A stretch of 64,000 nt of DNA from an uncultured virus (IMG/VR IMGVR_UViG_3300042887_002087) (Duplodnaviria; Heunggongvirae; Uroviricota; Caudoviricetes): positions 1 to 64,000 of the IMG/VR virus record IMGVR_UViG_3300042887_002087; one strand, 5' to 3'. Shown piece by piece: positions 29,733 to 40,674 of the stretch. The notes under the pieces are model-generated. The model saw only the letters and a list, made by a program, of their open reading frames with translations, was not told where the DNA came from and made no database searches. The translations under genes and the position numbers were made by a program. Each line of letters begins with the position of its first letter. Positions within the stretch are counted from its first letter, which is position 1.

Positions 29733-31562
29733 TTAAAATGTAGCCGTTCCTAATGTTTTAACCCTAACTTTAATATCTTTATTTGGGAATCTAATTTGGA
29801 AGATTTGATTTGACTTCATAAAGATCATATTATCGGATTGATTTATCAATCTAGTGTTTTGATCTGTTGTTTGTGATGGCTCCGCAGATGAATACTCACC
29901 TCCTATTTTACTGTAAACTCTTGTCTCAATTACATTTATCACACCTGATACGCTACCTACGATTTTGTTTAAAGCACCGATAAACAAAGGATCACCCATT
30001 TTACGTTTTTCTATTGCAAAATGTTCAATTGTATCCTGAATTACCGTTTGTATGATATCCGTCTGATTTGCGTTTTTATCTATGTTTAAATCAATTTCTA
30101 ACCCCATATCGATGACTTCACCACTTACAATATCCAAATAGTCATTAATCATTTTATATTCCGTAAGATAGGTTAAAATGTTCGATTTTAGTGTATAAGA
30201 AACAGTATCAGTTAAATTACCTTGGTCGTCATATGATAATAATTTAATTCTAATCTTATTATCTTCCTCCATAACATTAACCTTAGCTGGTGCTCCGTAT
30301 GTTGATGGCATCGTTTCAATTAATGATTTATAATCATTTAATGTAACCGCCCTATTTTGTGCTGCAAAGTTATATGAAACCATATTACGAATTTCTTCGA
30401 TTGTTGGTTGGTCCGCACCACCTACTGCAGGTGTTATGTTATTAACTCTAAGTGATTGTACCACACCAGTATTCTTTGCTGGCACAGGTCCTGAAACTAT
30501 AAATTCAACATCATCTACGTTTGTAATTACATTCACCCCTAAGTTACTATCTTTACCACCACCCACACGATATTGTACAAATAATGTTGTATTAATTTTT
30601 GGTGTAGTTCCTAATGATAGATTATTTAAATAACTCGCCAAATTAACTTTCAATTGTCCTGTCATATAGTTGTCCAAATTGTCTAATGGATTAACTGTAC
30701 CCGAACCAAATGTTAATGAAAAATAACCTTCAGGTGTATATTCTGTTATGAATTTATTATTAACAGGTAAAAACGTTCCTGCGGTAAAATTATTTGTATC
30801 CGATACAGACGTTGGGTCTGGCACAAATACTTTATCTTGAATTAATGATTTAACCTCATACCATTTGTTTGAGGTATTAGAAAATTCATTTGATGTTGGA
30901 TTACTTGTAAAAGTTGTACCGTCCTTATGAATAACAGATGTTACTCCTAATACGTTTTGTTCGGGTAAGTATAATTTTAAGAAAGGTTTTTGATCCGCTT
31001 GGTTTATAACTCTTCTATAAATTTTTGTTATACCATTTACAACAGGTTCTCTTTTTGTAATTGTATAAGATATTAATCTATTATTTACATCAAAATTTGG
31101 TATCTTTAATCTATTAGGTTCTCCTTTTTTATTAAATGGAACAGAAAAATCAATATCATCAATTGTTTCAAAAACTTGACCTCCTCCTGAAACTTGAGCA
31201 CCACTCTTTAATATACCCAAATATCTAACATCTTCTTTATCTCCTCTAACATCCACAGTAATTGAAAAATCACATAATGCAACTGATGGTCTAACTCCTG
31301 GTAATCTAATACCATATGTTTTTGCAATATGATATAATGATTGTCTTTGTTGTGCAAAATCCAACATAGTTTCCTGCCAAACTCTATCAATGTGAAAGTG
31401 TAAGTTATCCGCAACCGCGGCATTAATATCTAATAACACCGAATAAATCGATGCGTCGTTAAAATTTTTAACTAAATCAGGATAGTAATTTTTAGTTAAT
31501 GTTACTAATTCATTTCTTAATCCCTGAAAATCTCTTGTTGCGTATGATATCTGTTTACTCAT
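29733..31562 (-). CDS. Baseplate wedge protein (T4 gp6 / baseplate J-like)
   Basis: YATRDFQGLR, YRVGGG, GGAD..TIEEIR, AQNRAVTLNDY. Confidence 0.9.
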   Translation of the reverse strand: MSKQISYATRDFQGLRNELVTLTKNYYPDLVKNFNDASIYSVLLDINAAVADNLHFHIDRVWQETMLDFAQQRQSLYHIAKTYGIRLPGVRPSVALCDFSITVDVRGDKEDVRYLGILKSGAQVSGGGQVFETIDDIDFSVPFNKKGEPNRLKIPNFDVNNRLISYTITKREPVVNGITKIYRRVINQADQKPFLKLYLPEQNVLGVTSVIHKDGTTFTSNPTSNEFSNTSNKWYEVKSLIQDKVFVPDPTSVSDTNNFTAGTFLPVNNKFITEYTPEGYFSLTFGSGTVNPLDNLDNYMTGQLKVNLASYLNNLSLGTTPKINTTLFVQYRVGGGKDSNLGVNVITNVDDVEFIVSGPVPAKNTGVVQSLRVNNITPAVGGADQPTIEEIRNMVSYNFAAQNRAVTLNDYKSLIETMPSTYGAPAKVNVMEEDNKIRIKLLSYDDQGNLTDTVSYTLKSNILTYLTEYKMINDYLDIVSGEVIDMGLEIDLNIDKNANQTDIIQTVIQDTIEHFAIEKRKMGDPLFIGALNKIVGSVSGVINVIETRVYSKIGGEYSSAEPSQTTDQNTRLINQSDNMIFMKSNQIFQIRFPNKDIKVRVKTLGTATF

Positions 31563-31563
31563 C

Positions 31564-32016
31564 TTATATGTTTAAAATTATAAAGTCGGAAGTTGAAAAT
31601 GACCCGTTATTAACTGTATATTCTATTTTAACTACCGCCGTATATGGTTTTGTCGATTCATCAGAAACCCTAAATAATCTTTCATCTTCATCTTGTGCAA
31701 TACTTCTTTGTCGATTTGGATCATCTTCGGCGGATGTTATAGATATATTTGTAATATCTAAGTTTGGTATGAATTTTTTAACTCCTTCTCTGATTTCTTC
31801 TTCAATTAAATTATATGTAATTGCGTCATTTTGATCAAAAATATATTGATATATTCTTGTTCCAAAATCAGGTAAGTAATATCTACTACCTTTTCTTGTT
31901 AAAATAAGGTGTATAAGATTGGCTCTAATCTCCTTTTCAGGGATTTCAGTCATATTAAGATAATCTCCTTTAGGACTATCTCTAAATGGATAATCAATAC
32001 CGTACGTTACTGCCAT
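31564..32016 (-). CDS. Baseplate wedge protein (gp25/GPW family)
   Basis: LILTRKGSRYYLPDFGTRI; start set at MAVTYG. Confidence 0.9.
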   Translation of the reverse strand: MAVTYGIDYPFRDSPKGDYLNMTEIPEKEIRANLIHLILTRKGSRYYLPDFGTRIYQYIFDQNDAITYNLIEEEIREGVKKFIPNLDITNISITSAEDDPNRQRSIAQDEDERLFRVSDESTKPYTAVVKIEYTVNNGSFSTSDFIILNI

Positions 32017-32046
32017 ATTCAATAAATATAGATAAACCTAAAATGG

Positions 32047-32220
32047 TTATGTATCCTCTTTTATTTTTGAGTTCCCTTTTATAATATGTGGGGGGTCATA
32101 AGGACAATTTGCGCATCCATTGGAACAACAATGTCCTCTCTTCTGTAAAAAAAGAGAAGTCAGAACCATAAGCCCCGACTTCTCATCTATGTAATAATCT
32201 ACTCCTTCCTCTAATTTCAT
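32047..32220 (-). CDS. Small Cys-rich protein, DUF5522-like (57 aa)
   Basis: Hand-translated: MKLEEGVDYYIDEKSGLMVLTSLFLQKRGHCCSNGCANCPYDPP...; start overlaps the RNR stop (TAATG). Confidence 0.8.
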   Translation of the reverse strand: MKLEEGVDYYIDEKSGLMVLTSLFLQKRGHCCSNGCANCPYDPPHIIKGNSKIKEDT

Positions 32221-34481
32221 TAGATACTTGTCACATCACATTGTGCTCCACTACAAGATTGTGCCGCATAATCGGAAATACTCTTGTATTGTGGTTTATC
32301 TAAAATTTCACCGAAGTTTACTTCTTTGAATTGACGAGTAATAGTCTCCCACTTATAGAATAAATGAACGTCTTTTAAACAATAAACCATCTTCTTCAAA
32401 TCACCTTTAAAGTAATTCTTCGCAAATTTCTTCGCTCTTGAGATCCAATATTTCTTTAATAAGACTTGTTCTCTTGTTCCTGTAATTTGTATTGAATCGT
32501 CTAATAAAGTATCTGTTGCTAACCATAAGTTTTGATTAAAATAATGTAAACCATCAATAATCAAACCAGATGCTAATACCGAACCTTTACCATATACCTC
32601 AACTAATTCGTCAAGATTTAATACTGACGTAAATGGCGCTTGATTGAAATCTTTATCTCCGTAGTCTGACATGAAACTAACCGCAGTAAATAAATCTCTT
32701 TGTTCCCAAATATAATCAACAATTGCATCTTTATCGTCAATAATAACTGTACAAGATGTATTATGATTTACCGGCATATAAGCACATAACTCAGGATTAG
32801 TTCCAGCATTTACCCAATGTTGTTGAACCAACTTAATTAACTCAAGGTGTTTAATACCTTTCATATCTTTTTTGAATAAACCAACTTTTGGATTTTCAAC
32901 AGGAACGAATACAACATAATCTGATTTAGTTGAAGACCATACACTTTCTTCTAATAAGAAAGCCATATTTTCTTCTAACCATTTTGCAGTGTTACTTTCT
33001 TTATTTAACTGCATGATACGGAAATACTTTTCAGAGTGTTCAGGGTGAATACCTGATGCAGTTCCTAATACAACTGACGCATTACCTGAAGGTTTTACAC
33101 AAGTAGTTCTTGCCGCTTGGTTAATTCCAATTACCGCTGCCAATTCTTTATTAGCATCTTTTACGGCTTGTGCTCCTTCTTCTAATAATTCAGCATTAAA
33201 TAATTTAGGATTATTCATCCAACCTGTAATACTAACACCTAACAAAGCTTCTCTTTCAAAGATTGCTTTACTTGTTTCACCTAAATAAGGAAAATTAGTA
33301 TAACCCGCTTGTAATGTTCCTAAGAAAGAAGCATCTTTACATGCCTTTAAAAACTTTTCTTTTGTTGTTGCCTTCTCAGCATTGATCTCGGTTAAATTAC
33401 AACCTTGAATACCGAACTTAGATTTGTTGTCTTTAACATATTGTTCAACTTCATCATATTTGATTTTACCAAAATCAATTGTATCTAATACAGGGATTTT
33501 CATAATCTCAAAACATGGATTAAACATATCAAACCAACTGTTCGCAAAAACAAAACCAATATCATTTGCTCCGTCATTTAATTGTACCAAGTAATTGAAT
33601 TGTTCTTTAACAACTTCACTTCTCAATAAAATAACTGAGTTATTACTACGACCTCTTTGTGGGTTTTCTATTCTCCAATTACCTGTCTTAGCGTGGATCA
33701 TCTCATCATCATTAGGATCAACGATCATATTCAACGCTGAACGTCTAACACCACCCGACAATACTGCATCCGCTGAGTGACAAATAATATCAAACGCTAA
33801 GATAGGACGAATTTTTTCTCCTTCATTAGTTAACCACTTTTCAATTAACGATTCTATTTTTTCTAAAGATTGTTTTAAACCATCAGGACCAGGTGCTTTA
33901 AAACCACCGCTGATGAATGAACCTTTCTCACGAATTAAAGAATAATCTAATTTAACTTCATAACCTGCATATTCAGGGAATGGTTGTTCGTCAACAAAGT
34001 AAGATGATAACAATACACCCAATGCGTTTGCCCAACCTTCAATTGAATCTTCAATATAAAAAGTTTTAGTCCCTAAAGTTCTTTTTTGAATTCTACTTAA
34101 ATTATTTACAAAAGGAGTTAATAATCCTCCACCGAATCCACAACCAGATAATGCCAAGTAAAAAATCTCTTGGAATACTCTATTACGTGCAATGTGTCCT
34201 GATGTACAGTTAAACATTCTCGTGTTATGTTTCATAATTTGTTCGTGTCTGTATTGTAAGTTTCTTTGTGAAGCTAATACAGCTTGATCTTTCATACTCT
34301 CAACGGCAGATTGTAAATATGGTTCAATTGCCTCAGCATAATCCACATATTTTTTTCTGTGTCCGTCAATTATGTTCTCACACGCGTCTTCCCACGTTTC
34401 ATATCTTTTTTCATCTTCCTTCCATTTGAAATAGTCTGAGTGTAACTTTAAGTCACTCAGAAATTTTTTACCTTTCTGCAT
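32220..34481 (-). CDS. nrdJ: Ribonucleotide reductase, class II (adenosylcobalamin-dependent) type
   Basis: FNC, SGGVRRSA, NPCFEI, GCNLTEIN, TTCVKPSG, C-terminal CSGAQC; no beta subunit nearby. Confidence 0.8.
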   Translation of the reverse strand: MQKGKKFLSDLKLHSDYFKWKEDEKRYETWEDACENIIDGHRKKYVDYAEAIEPYLQSAVESMKDQAVLASQRNLQYRHEQIMKHNTRMFNCTSGHIARNRVFQEIFYLALSGCGFGGGLLTPFVNNLSRIQKRTLGTKTFYIEDSIEGWANALGVLLSSYFVDEQPFPEYAGYEVKLDYSLIREKGSFISGGFKAPGPDGLKQSLEKIESLIEKWLTNEGEKIRPILAFDIICHSADAVLSGGVRRSALNMIVDPNDDEMIHAKTGNWRIENPQRGRSNNSVILLRSEVVKEQFNYLVQLNDGANDIGFVFANSWFDMFNPCFEIMKIPVLDTIDFGKIKYDEVEQYVKDNKSKFGIQGCNLTEINAEKATTKEKFLKACKDASFLGTLQAGYTNFPYLGETSKAIFEREALLGVSITGWMNNPKLFNAELLEEGAQAVKDANKELAAVIGINQAARTTCVKPSGNASVVLGTASGIHPEHSEKYFRIMQLNKESNTAKWLEENMAFLLEESVWSSTKSDYVVFVPVENPKVGLFKKDMKGIKHLELIKLVQQHWVNAGTNPELCAYMPVNHNTSCTVIIDDKDAIVDYIWEQRDLFTAVSFMSDYGDKDFNQAPFTSVLNLDELVEVYGKGSVLASGLIIDGLHYFNQNLWLATDTLLDDSIQITGTREQVLLKKYWISRAKKFAKNYFKGDLKKMVYCLKDVHLFYKWETITRQFKEVNFGEILDKPQYKSISDYAAQSCSGAQCDVTSI

Positions 34482-34514
34482 TTGTTCTTTTTTCTTTTAT
34501 GTTTGTTTTATTAA

Positions 34515-35891
34515 TTACTTTCCAGCCACTTGTTGTCTCCTTTTAAATGCTTCCGCCGCTCTATTAGCATTTATCTGAACTTTTTGTTCTTCGTGTCCCA
34601 ATAATGTATTTTGAGACTCTGTATCAATAAGAAGAAACTCGTTATTGAATTTACAGTTTTGGAATACAACACCATCTCGACCAATACGAGATTTTAATAA
34701 TGTAAGAGTTGCTAAGTTATGATCTTTTTGTTCTAATGTTTTACCAATAGATAATATAACGTGTGCAATTTGTGCTTTCTTAATTGACCCACCCATTTGA
34801 TCTCCAGTTACTACTTCACTTGAAATTGATTCACGGTTACCTTGTGTTGCCGTCCATATTGCCATTTCAAATTCTCCTGTCATTGATTCTAAACTTCTCA
34901 TAATAGAACCTTCACCTTTCCATTCTTCACCATTAGCTGATTTATCAGTTGAAATACAATCTACATAATCTATTACTAATAAATCAACTTTTTTAGTTCC
35001 ATCAGAATTCATCTTTCTGATTTTATTTTTAATCTCAGAAACTGTAACATTATCACTTGCTAATTTTAATAATTTTAAACTACCTTTAGATTTAGCTTGA
35101 GCTTCCTCTACTTTAGCTTTAACTTCTTCTTTAAATTCAGGTTGACTATCAGGTGCAATCTCAGTCCAAATCGTATAGTGTTTTCTTTTAATATTACCCG
35201 GATTATCTTCAAAGAAAATCTGAACGACATTATAACCTAAGTTATATGCGGTGTTAGCGAACTTAGTAAGTAAGGTAGTTTTACCAGTACCTGTGGGAGC
35301 TAATACAACCCCCAATTCTCCGATCCCTAACCCACCTTTAAGTAAGTTGTCAATTCCCACAATACCTGTCGGTAATGGGTGTCTAAAGTCCTTTTCTAAC
35401 GCTCCATCAATATCATGGAATACATCCGTCGCTTCATCATTTGAAATACCAACTTGTAATGCCTTTTGGATAATTTCCTCAATCTTATTGTAAGCCTCGA
35501 ACTCACCACTTTCAATAATACTCTGTACACTTTTTAACTCTCTTTTCAAGTTTTGTTGTTTACAAAAATTAAGTGCGGTATCTTTAACATACTCAATTTG
35601 AGAATCATTATTTTTAATTGCTTCTAATGTATCTACGTGAATTTTAGAGGAATCTTTGTTACCACCTTCAGCCATGATTTTCTGTGCCAATGTATTGTAA
35701 TCAGGAATTTTATTGTAATTCTTATACAACTCCTTTGTATTTTCCATAATAAATCTAAATGAGTTATTATCAAAAAATTTACTATCTAATACATCAATAA
35801 TTGTTTCTCCATACTTCTTATCTTCAATGATCGCTTTAATAAGGGATTGTTGAAACGAAAACCCCAAATACCCAAAATTCCTTTCTTCCAT
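34515..35891 (-). CDS. Replicative helicase (DnaB / T4 gp41-like)
   Basis: APTGTGKT, VIDYVD, WTATQGNR, KSRIG. Confidence 0.92.
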   Translation of the reverse strand: MEERNFGYLGFSFQQSLIKAIIEDKKYGETIIDVLDSKFFDNNSFRFIMENTKELYKNYNKIPDYNTLAQKIMAEGGNKDSSKIHVDTLEAIKNNDSQIEYVKDTALNFCKQQNLKRELKSVQSIIESGEFEAYNKIEEIIQKALQVGISNDEATDVFHDIDGALEKDFRHPLPTGIVGIDNLLKGGLGIGELGVVLAPTGTGKTTLLTKFANTAYNLGYNVVQIFFEDNPGNIKRKHYTIWTEIAPDSQPEFKEEVKAKVEEAQAKSKGSLKLLKLASDNVTVSEIKNKIRKMNSDGTKKVDLLVIDYVDCISTDKSANGEEWKGEGSIMRSLESMTGEFEMAIWTATQGNRESISSEVVTGDQMGGSIKKAQIAHVILSIGKTLEQKDHNLATLTLLKSRIGRDGVVFQNCKFNNEFLLIDTESQNTLLGHEEQKVQINANRAAEAFKRRQQVAGK

Positions 35892-35916
35892 AGTGTTTAT
35901 TATATATTGTTTTTTC

Positions 35917-36375
35917 TTATAATTCGTATCCTAAATAACTTGTCTCCAATTCTTCTGAAGACAAAATGTCTGTCAAATCTGACAAAATTCTCTTCAATCT
36001 TGGACGAATGTCCACCGTGTATCTTGCCTTTGGATGATAAAGATATGCGGGGAATAGTCTTTGAATAAATACATCCTCGCCCAACTTAATTTCCATTAAA
36101 AAATGTTCTTTTTCTGGAATTGCCGACTCATCCACAACCTCCGAATGAAGGATATAGTTTTGATTCTCACATAGATAGTTAGAACTTTTTATTTTCAAAT
36201 CTTCCATAAAATCCTCACAAATATTTTTTATATAATAGTGAAGATCCATTGAACGTCTAGCCTGATCAACATGATCTCTAACGTTAAAAAATCTTTGACA
36301 TACGATATGTCCTTCTAATGACAACAAGAACTCAAATTTGGTTATGTTGTCTTGGTTTTGGTAATCTCTACTCAT
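35917..36375 (-). CDS. Hypothetical protein
   Basis: 152-aa ORF overlapping the upstream exonuclease gene. Confidence 0.7.
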   Translation of the reverse strand: MSRDYQNQDNITKFEFLLSLEGHIVCQRFFNVRDHVDQARRSMDLHYYIKNICEDFMEDLKIKSSNYLCENQNYILHSEVVDESAIPEKEHFLMEIKLGEDVFIQRLFPAYLYHPKARYTVDIRPRLKRILSDLTDILSSEELETSYLGYEL

Positions 36376-37402
36376 AGGGTCTTACTTTAATTGTTTTTGT
36401 TTTATTATTATTTATGTTTTTTTCTTTTCTTGTTAATCTAAGAAAAGGGTTTATAAAATTTATCCAAGCGTCTTCCGCTTTTGGTAAGATGTTGAAGATT
36501 CCGTCTTCTTGCATCATCTTCATTGCATTTTTATATGATCTACCTTCTTGGTCTAACGGTTCATTTATTAATAGATCTATGGTTTCTTTTGCGTCGTCCG
36601 TTAAAAACGGTTCATCCAAACTTACTATCCTATTGTTTACGTCGAAGAATTCCTCACCGAGTACACCGTGTTTTGTAACACCTGTCAATAAATTAGCAAT
36701 TAACTTATTATGTTTGTCTTGTTCAAATAATTGGTTACATCTATCTCTAACCTGATCAACTGTAATTGGTTGATTTCTTAGTTCAGGAACCAAAGACAAT
36801 AATCTTTTGAGTCCCATTCCTCTTATTCCTGCAATGTTGTCTGATGAGTCTCCACAAATCATTTTAACTAAACGAACATTTTCGATGAGAATTTCTTCGT
36901 GTTCGTAAACGATTATATCATTAGGTGAATATAATTTCCTATGTGATGGATTGTAAACTTGTGTGTTTTGTGAAACGAGTTGAGTTAAGTCCCCGTCTGA
37001 TGAATAAATAATTTTCCTTTCGTTGGGTGAATTTTGAGTATAGTAAGCGATGTTGTCATCAGTCTCACAATACTCAAATTCCCCTTGTCTTACATAAACC
37101 TCTTCAAGATATTGTTTGATTCTATCTCTCTGATATAAGTAAGATTGTAAATCTTCTTCTGTTCTAACTCTTTGTCTTCTGTTTTCCTTGTAATGAGAAT
37201 ATATTTTTCTTCTACATTGAGATCCTTCTAATCCGTCCCAAAAGACAACAATCTTATCTAATTGGTATTGTTCAAAAGATCTTCTTAAAGTGTTTAGAAA
37301 GTGGTAGATACCACCGATGTGCGTTCCTTTATAAAACACGTTCTTTGCACCGTAATAACCAATAGTTAATAGATTGTCTCCATCAACAAGTAAAACCGAC
37401 AT
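36368..37402 (-). CDS. 5'-3' exonuclease / flap endonuclease (T4 RNase H-like)
   Basis: LLVDG, FWDG, YKENR, ETDD, SSDGDLTQL, GDSSDNIAGIRGMG. Confidence 0.92.
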   Translation of the reverse strand: MSVLLVDGDNLLTIGYYGAKNVFYKGTHIGGIYHFLNTLRRSFEQYQLDKIVVFWDGLEGSQCRRKIYSHYKENRRQRVRTEEDLQSYLYQRDRIKQYLEEVYVRQGEFEYCETDDNIAYYTQNSPNERKIIYSSDGDLTQLVSQNTQVYNPSHRKLYSPNDIIVYEHEEILIENVRLVKMICGDSSDNIAGIRGMGLKRLLSLVPELRNQPITVDQVRDRCNQLFEQDKHNKLIANLLTGVTKHGVLGEEFFDVNNRIVSLDEPFLTDDAKETIDLLINEPLDQEGRSYKNAMKMMQEDGIFNILPKAEDAWINFINPFLRLTRKEKNINNNKTKTIKVRPYE

Positions 37403-37411
37403 TTGTTAAAT

Positions 37412-38392
37412 TTAAAGATCACTTTCTTCTGTTACAACTTCTACGTCTGCGATGTCTGTAACATTAACACCTAACATCTTACTGATGTAATCACCACTTT
37501 CTTTTTTATACTCCTCGATAGATTTCTTCTCTTCAGTGTCTTCTCTACCTGGCATAAATCCGTGTGATGTAACCAAGATACGTCCATCCTCATATCCTAA
37601 ACCATTGATGTGGTTTTTCATAATTGAGATTTTCGTTCTTGTTGCAATTTTTACTTTTCTCTTATCTTTTGTGATTGAGATTTTTGTTGTTCCCGCTCCT
37701 TTTTGATTACCAAATAAGAATACGATACTTGAGTTTAACCAAATTGCTTCTCCACCTTTTGCTTTAATCTTTGGTTGTCCGAAAGGATTATCAGGTAATT
37801 CTACCCAAGGTTGGTTAACAATGATTAATGTGTTTGTATAAGGTTTATCTGTTCTTCTTGACCCTGAAATACGTTGGTTGATACCCATTCCAATTTTATC
37901 GGCTAATACCGATGCGTTGTGTTGTTTACCACCTTTACCATCGTAAGTCATCTTACATGGAACCGAACCTACCGAATCCCATAAGATTAATAAATCGTGA
38001 GGTAAATCTCCTTTCTCTTGTGCGTCTAATAGTTCGTTGATATATTCTGTAATTTGTTCGATATATTCAAAATCACTATTGAAAAGATAGTCTCCATCTT
38101 TATTAAACCCCATTAACTCCGCATGATCCCAACTCCATTTTTGTTCGGTAATAACAAACACAGGAACGACTCCTTTCTTTTGTGCATCAACCGCAGCTTT
38201 TACAAGTGCTGTTGTTTTACCCGTATCACTATGTCCTAACAACATATTGATGTGTCCCATTGCAGGACCTGGAATACCACAAGCGTCTAAGAAAGCATCT
38301 CCCAAATCAAAGAAACGATCTGGTTTATATTCTGCCTCTTTCGAGAACTTCTTTTTAATTGCTGAAAAATCAGTCTTTTTTATACCTGCCAT
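37412..38392 (-). CDS. RecA/UvsX-like recombinase
   Basis: GHSDTGKTT, WDSVG, VNQ, KGGEA, KNHI. Confidence 0.88.
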   Translation of the reverse strand: MAGIKKTDFSAIKKKFSKEAEYKPDRFFDLGDAFLDACGIPGPAMGHINMLLGHSDTGKTTALVKAAVDAQKKGVVPVFVITEQKWSWDHAELMGFNKDGDYLFNSDFEYIEQITEYINELLDAQEKGDLPHDLLILWDSVGSVPCKMTYDGKGGKQHNASVLADKIGMGINQRISGSRRTDKPYTNTLIIVNQPWVELPDNPFGQPKIKAKGGEAIWLNSSIVFLFGNQKGAGTTKISITKDKRKVKIATRTKISIMKNHINGLGYEDGRILVTSHGFMPGREDTEEKKSIEEYKKESGDYISKMLGVNVTDIADVEVVTEESDL

Positions 38393-38446
38393 AATATTGT
38401 TTTAAAAATGGGGTTTCTGACGTTATCTCCACCCCTCCGTTAATAA

Positions 38447-39289
38447 TTAGAACGGTAAGTCACCGTCTACTTCTGCGTCATCTTGTGGATCAACAACAGG
38501 AGTTGAAGACTTCGGTGCTCCGATAGTTTCTTCTGTTGTTAAATTAGAAACCCATTTGCTACTTGCGGTATCCCAACGTGGAACTTCACCTCTCGCAACC
38601 ATTTCCAAATAATCTTCACCTTTTTTAGAGTAAACATCTGACCAAGTTAACTCATCATCTAACCACGTTTTTGCAACGTCTGCGTCAGTATGTAATGGAC
38701 TTGGATCGTCGTTTAATACTGAATTGATAACTGTGTATTCTTTACCTGTTCCCGCTTTTGTTAAAGCCAAAGACAAGATCAAATCACGACCATTTTCAGG
38801 ATTGGTAACATCTCCTTTATTACGGAAGATTGGGAAGATTTTGTCAATAACACCATCACCTTTGTGATTATGTTTAAATCTCCAAAATTTAACTCCATCA
38901 GCTTCATGATCACGATCGATCACTTTAACGATATAAAACTTACGAGAACGGTAGTTACGTGCTAATTCTTTGTCAGAATCTACACCACTCATCATCAATC
39001 CTTCGTAAACCTCATTTAATGGAGAACGTTTTCCTTCTTGTGCTGGGTCATATAATTTAACCCATTTTCCGTCCACTTGAACTTCGTGGAACTTTACCTC
39101 TACGAATGGTGAAGAACCATCTTTTGTAGGTAAAATACGGATACGTCTTTCTTCACCTTTAGAACCTTTTTGTAATACGGTTGTGAAATAACGTTTTAAT
39201 CTATCCTCTGAGGATATCTTGTTGTTGTTGCCACCTGTGGCGTTTTTGTTTTTCTCGTACTGTGCAAGTACTGCATCAAATGTACTCAT
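38447..39289 (-). CDS. Single-stranded DNA-binding protein (T4 gp32-like)
   Basis: IRILP...PF, VIDRD, G.D, acidic tail ending DGDLPF. Confidence 0.8.
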   Translation of the reverse strand: MSTFDAVLAQYEKNKNATGGNNNKISSEDRLKRYFTTVLQKGSKGEERRIRILPTKDGSSPFVEVKFHEVQVDGKWVKLYDPAQEGKRSPLNEVYEGLMMSGVDSDKELARNYRSRKFYIVKVIDRDHEADGVKFWRFKHNHKGDGVIDKIFPIFRNKGDVTNPENGRDLILSLALTKAGTGKEYTVINSVLNDDPSPLHTDADVAKTWLDDELTWSDVYSKKGEDYLEMVARGEVPRWDTASSKWVSNLTTEETIGAPKSSTPVVDPQDDAEVDGDLPF

Positions 39290-39340
39290 AGAATTAAAAT
39301 TTAAATTATAAAATCATTTATGTTATAATATACATAAAAA

Positions 39341-39364
39341 AACCCAGACTATAAAATCTGGGTT
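39341..39364 (-). terminator. Intrinsic terminator
   Basis: AACCCAGA ... TCTGGGTT with a U-run on the minus strand. Confidence 0.65.
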
Positions 39365-39389
39365 GAATTATTTTTAAAGTATTTTTTTG

Positions 39390-39617
39390 TTACCAACTAA
39401 TCACATAATCGTTATTGGTACCCATGAAATTGTTCTTAGTCTGAATTTTATAACCATAATTTCTTAATGTGGTTACTATTGCGTCATTCACGTATCTTGG
39501 GTCTAAAGTAATTTGATATTGTCCTTGAGCTGTTGCTCCTGATATTAAACCATCGATATATGTTAATGAACCTGTTGCTGTATTTGAAGCTGTTCTTGCT
39601 GCTGATCCTGATTGCAT
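39390..39617 (-). CDS. Hypothetical protein (75 aa)
   Basis: ORF track; fits the operon. Confidence 0.65.
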   Translation of the reverse strand: MQSGSAARTASNTATGSLTYIDGLISGATAQGQYQITLDPRYVNDAIVTTLRNYGYKIQTKNNFMGTNNDYVISW

Positions 39618-39638
39618 CTTAAATATTTTTTTTTATTT

Positions 39639-40010
39639 TTATTCTAATGTTAATAGATATGTTATTTTATTTAATAGTCCTAAAATCTCATCACGGATAT
39701 TCAATAAATCCGTATCTGTTGAATCAAACTCACTACTCCATTGGATTAACGCCTCTTTAGATGTTTGTAACATGTTCTTTAAATCCAATTCAGATAAATT
39801 TACAACGTTTAATGTTTTATCTTCATTTTCTAATTTAAATCTACCGTACTTACCCATCGCGGCCTCAGCAAACGTGTCTGTCAAATCAACTAATCCTTCA
39901 TATAACTTGTCAAAGGCTTTATGTCTTGCGTAACCTTTGGTTTGCCAATGGTTAATCTTAACTTGAGCCTGAAGTTCCATTAAGAACTTTATTTTAGAAG
40001 CTATATTCAT
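39639..40010 (-). CDS. Ferritin/Dps-like four-helix protein (DUF5856-like)
   Basis: HWQTKGYARHKAFDKLYE...D.FAE, NIRDEI. Confidence 0.75.
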   Translation of the reverse strand: MNIASKIKFLMELQAQVKINHWQTKGYARHKAFDKLYEGLVDLTDTFAEAAMGKYGRFKLENEDKTLNVVNLSELDLKNMLQTSKEALIQWSSEFDSTDTDLLNIRDEILGLLNKITYLLTLE

Positions 40011-40671
40011 CTTTTTGTTCTTCGTTTGGGTTAAATGATGATCTTAATGCGTCAGGAGCGTAGTTTTCAACATCATCCTTAGTTAATACATATTCGTTTT
40101 TACCACTAGCTCTCATTTCACCTTGTTTGTGTGCGAAGAACTCTTGTGGTTTTTCATTGAATGGGTATGAATCTAAAGATCTCATTTCCAATTTTTCAAT
40201 TTCAGTTTTAGGTTTGTTAGCCTCAACTGTTGCTCCTAATTGGTCAATCTTAGCCATAACTTGATCCATTTGAGCCAATTTACTTTCTAAGTCATTCAAT
40301 TTGGTGAATACGTCGTCCATTTTATTTATAACCGCAGAATTGTCTTGTTTATTATTTTCAAGGTCGTTTTTGATATTCTTAGTCATATTAACTAAATCTG
40401 TAATATCCATTTCTTCAGTATCACCACCCATACCTGCTTCATCCATTGGAGGGGTTCCCATATCATCTGCTGGTGGAGGTGGTACATCACCACCCATGTC
40501 ACCTGCTGGAGGTGGAGGAGGTACATCACCTGCTGGTGGAGGTGGTACATCACCTAATGGATCTTCTGCTGGTGCTGGTGGTGGAGCGTCTTGCTCCATG
40601 ATCATTTTCTTACTATACTTGTTGATAGCATTAAAACGTTTTACTTCTTCTAATAATTTTTTCTCTAACAT
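39994..40671 (-). CDS. Acidic Pro-rich coiled-coil protein, possibly scaffold/internal head protein
   Basis: LLEE..IMEQ, GDVPPPPA repeats, coiled coil. Confidence 0.5.
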   Translation of the reverse strand: MLEKKLLEEVKRFNAINKYSKKMIMEQDAPPPAPAEDPLGDVPPPPAGDVPPPPPAGDMGGDVPPPPADDMGTPPMDEAGMGGDTEEMDITDLVNMTKNIKNDLENNKQDNSAVINKMDDVFTKLNDLESKLAQMDQVMAKIDQLGATVEANKPKTEIEKLEMRSLDSYPFNEKPQEFFAHKQGEMRASGKNEYVLTKDDVENYAPDALRSSFNPNEEQKDEYSF

Positions 40672-40674
40672 GGC

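Noticed and set aside
32220..38392. Inteins or introns in RNR, helicase or RecA
   Set aside because: Lengths are normal; no splice-junction or LAGLIDADG motifs seen
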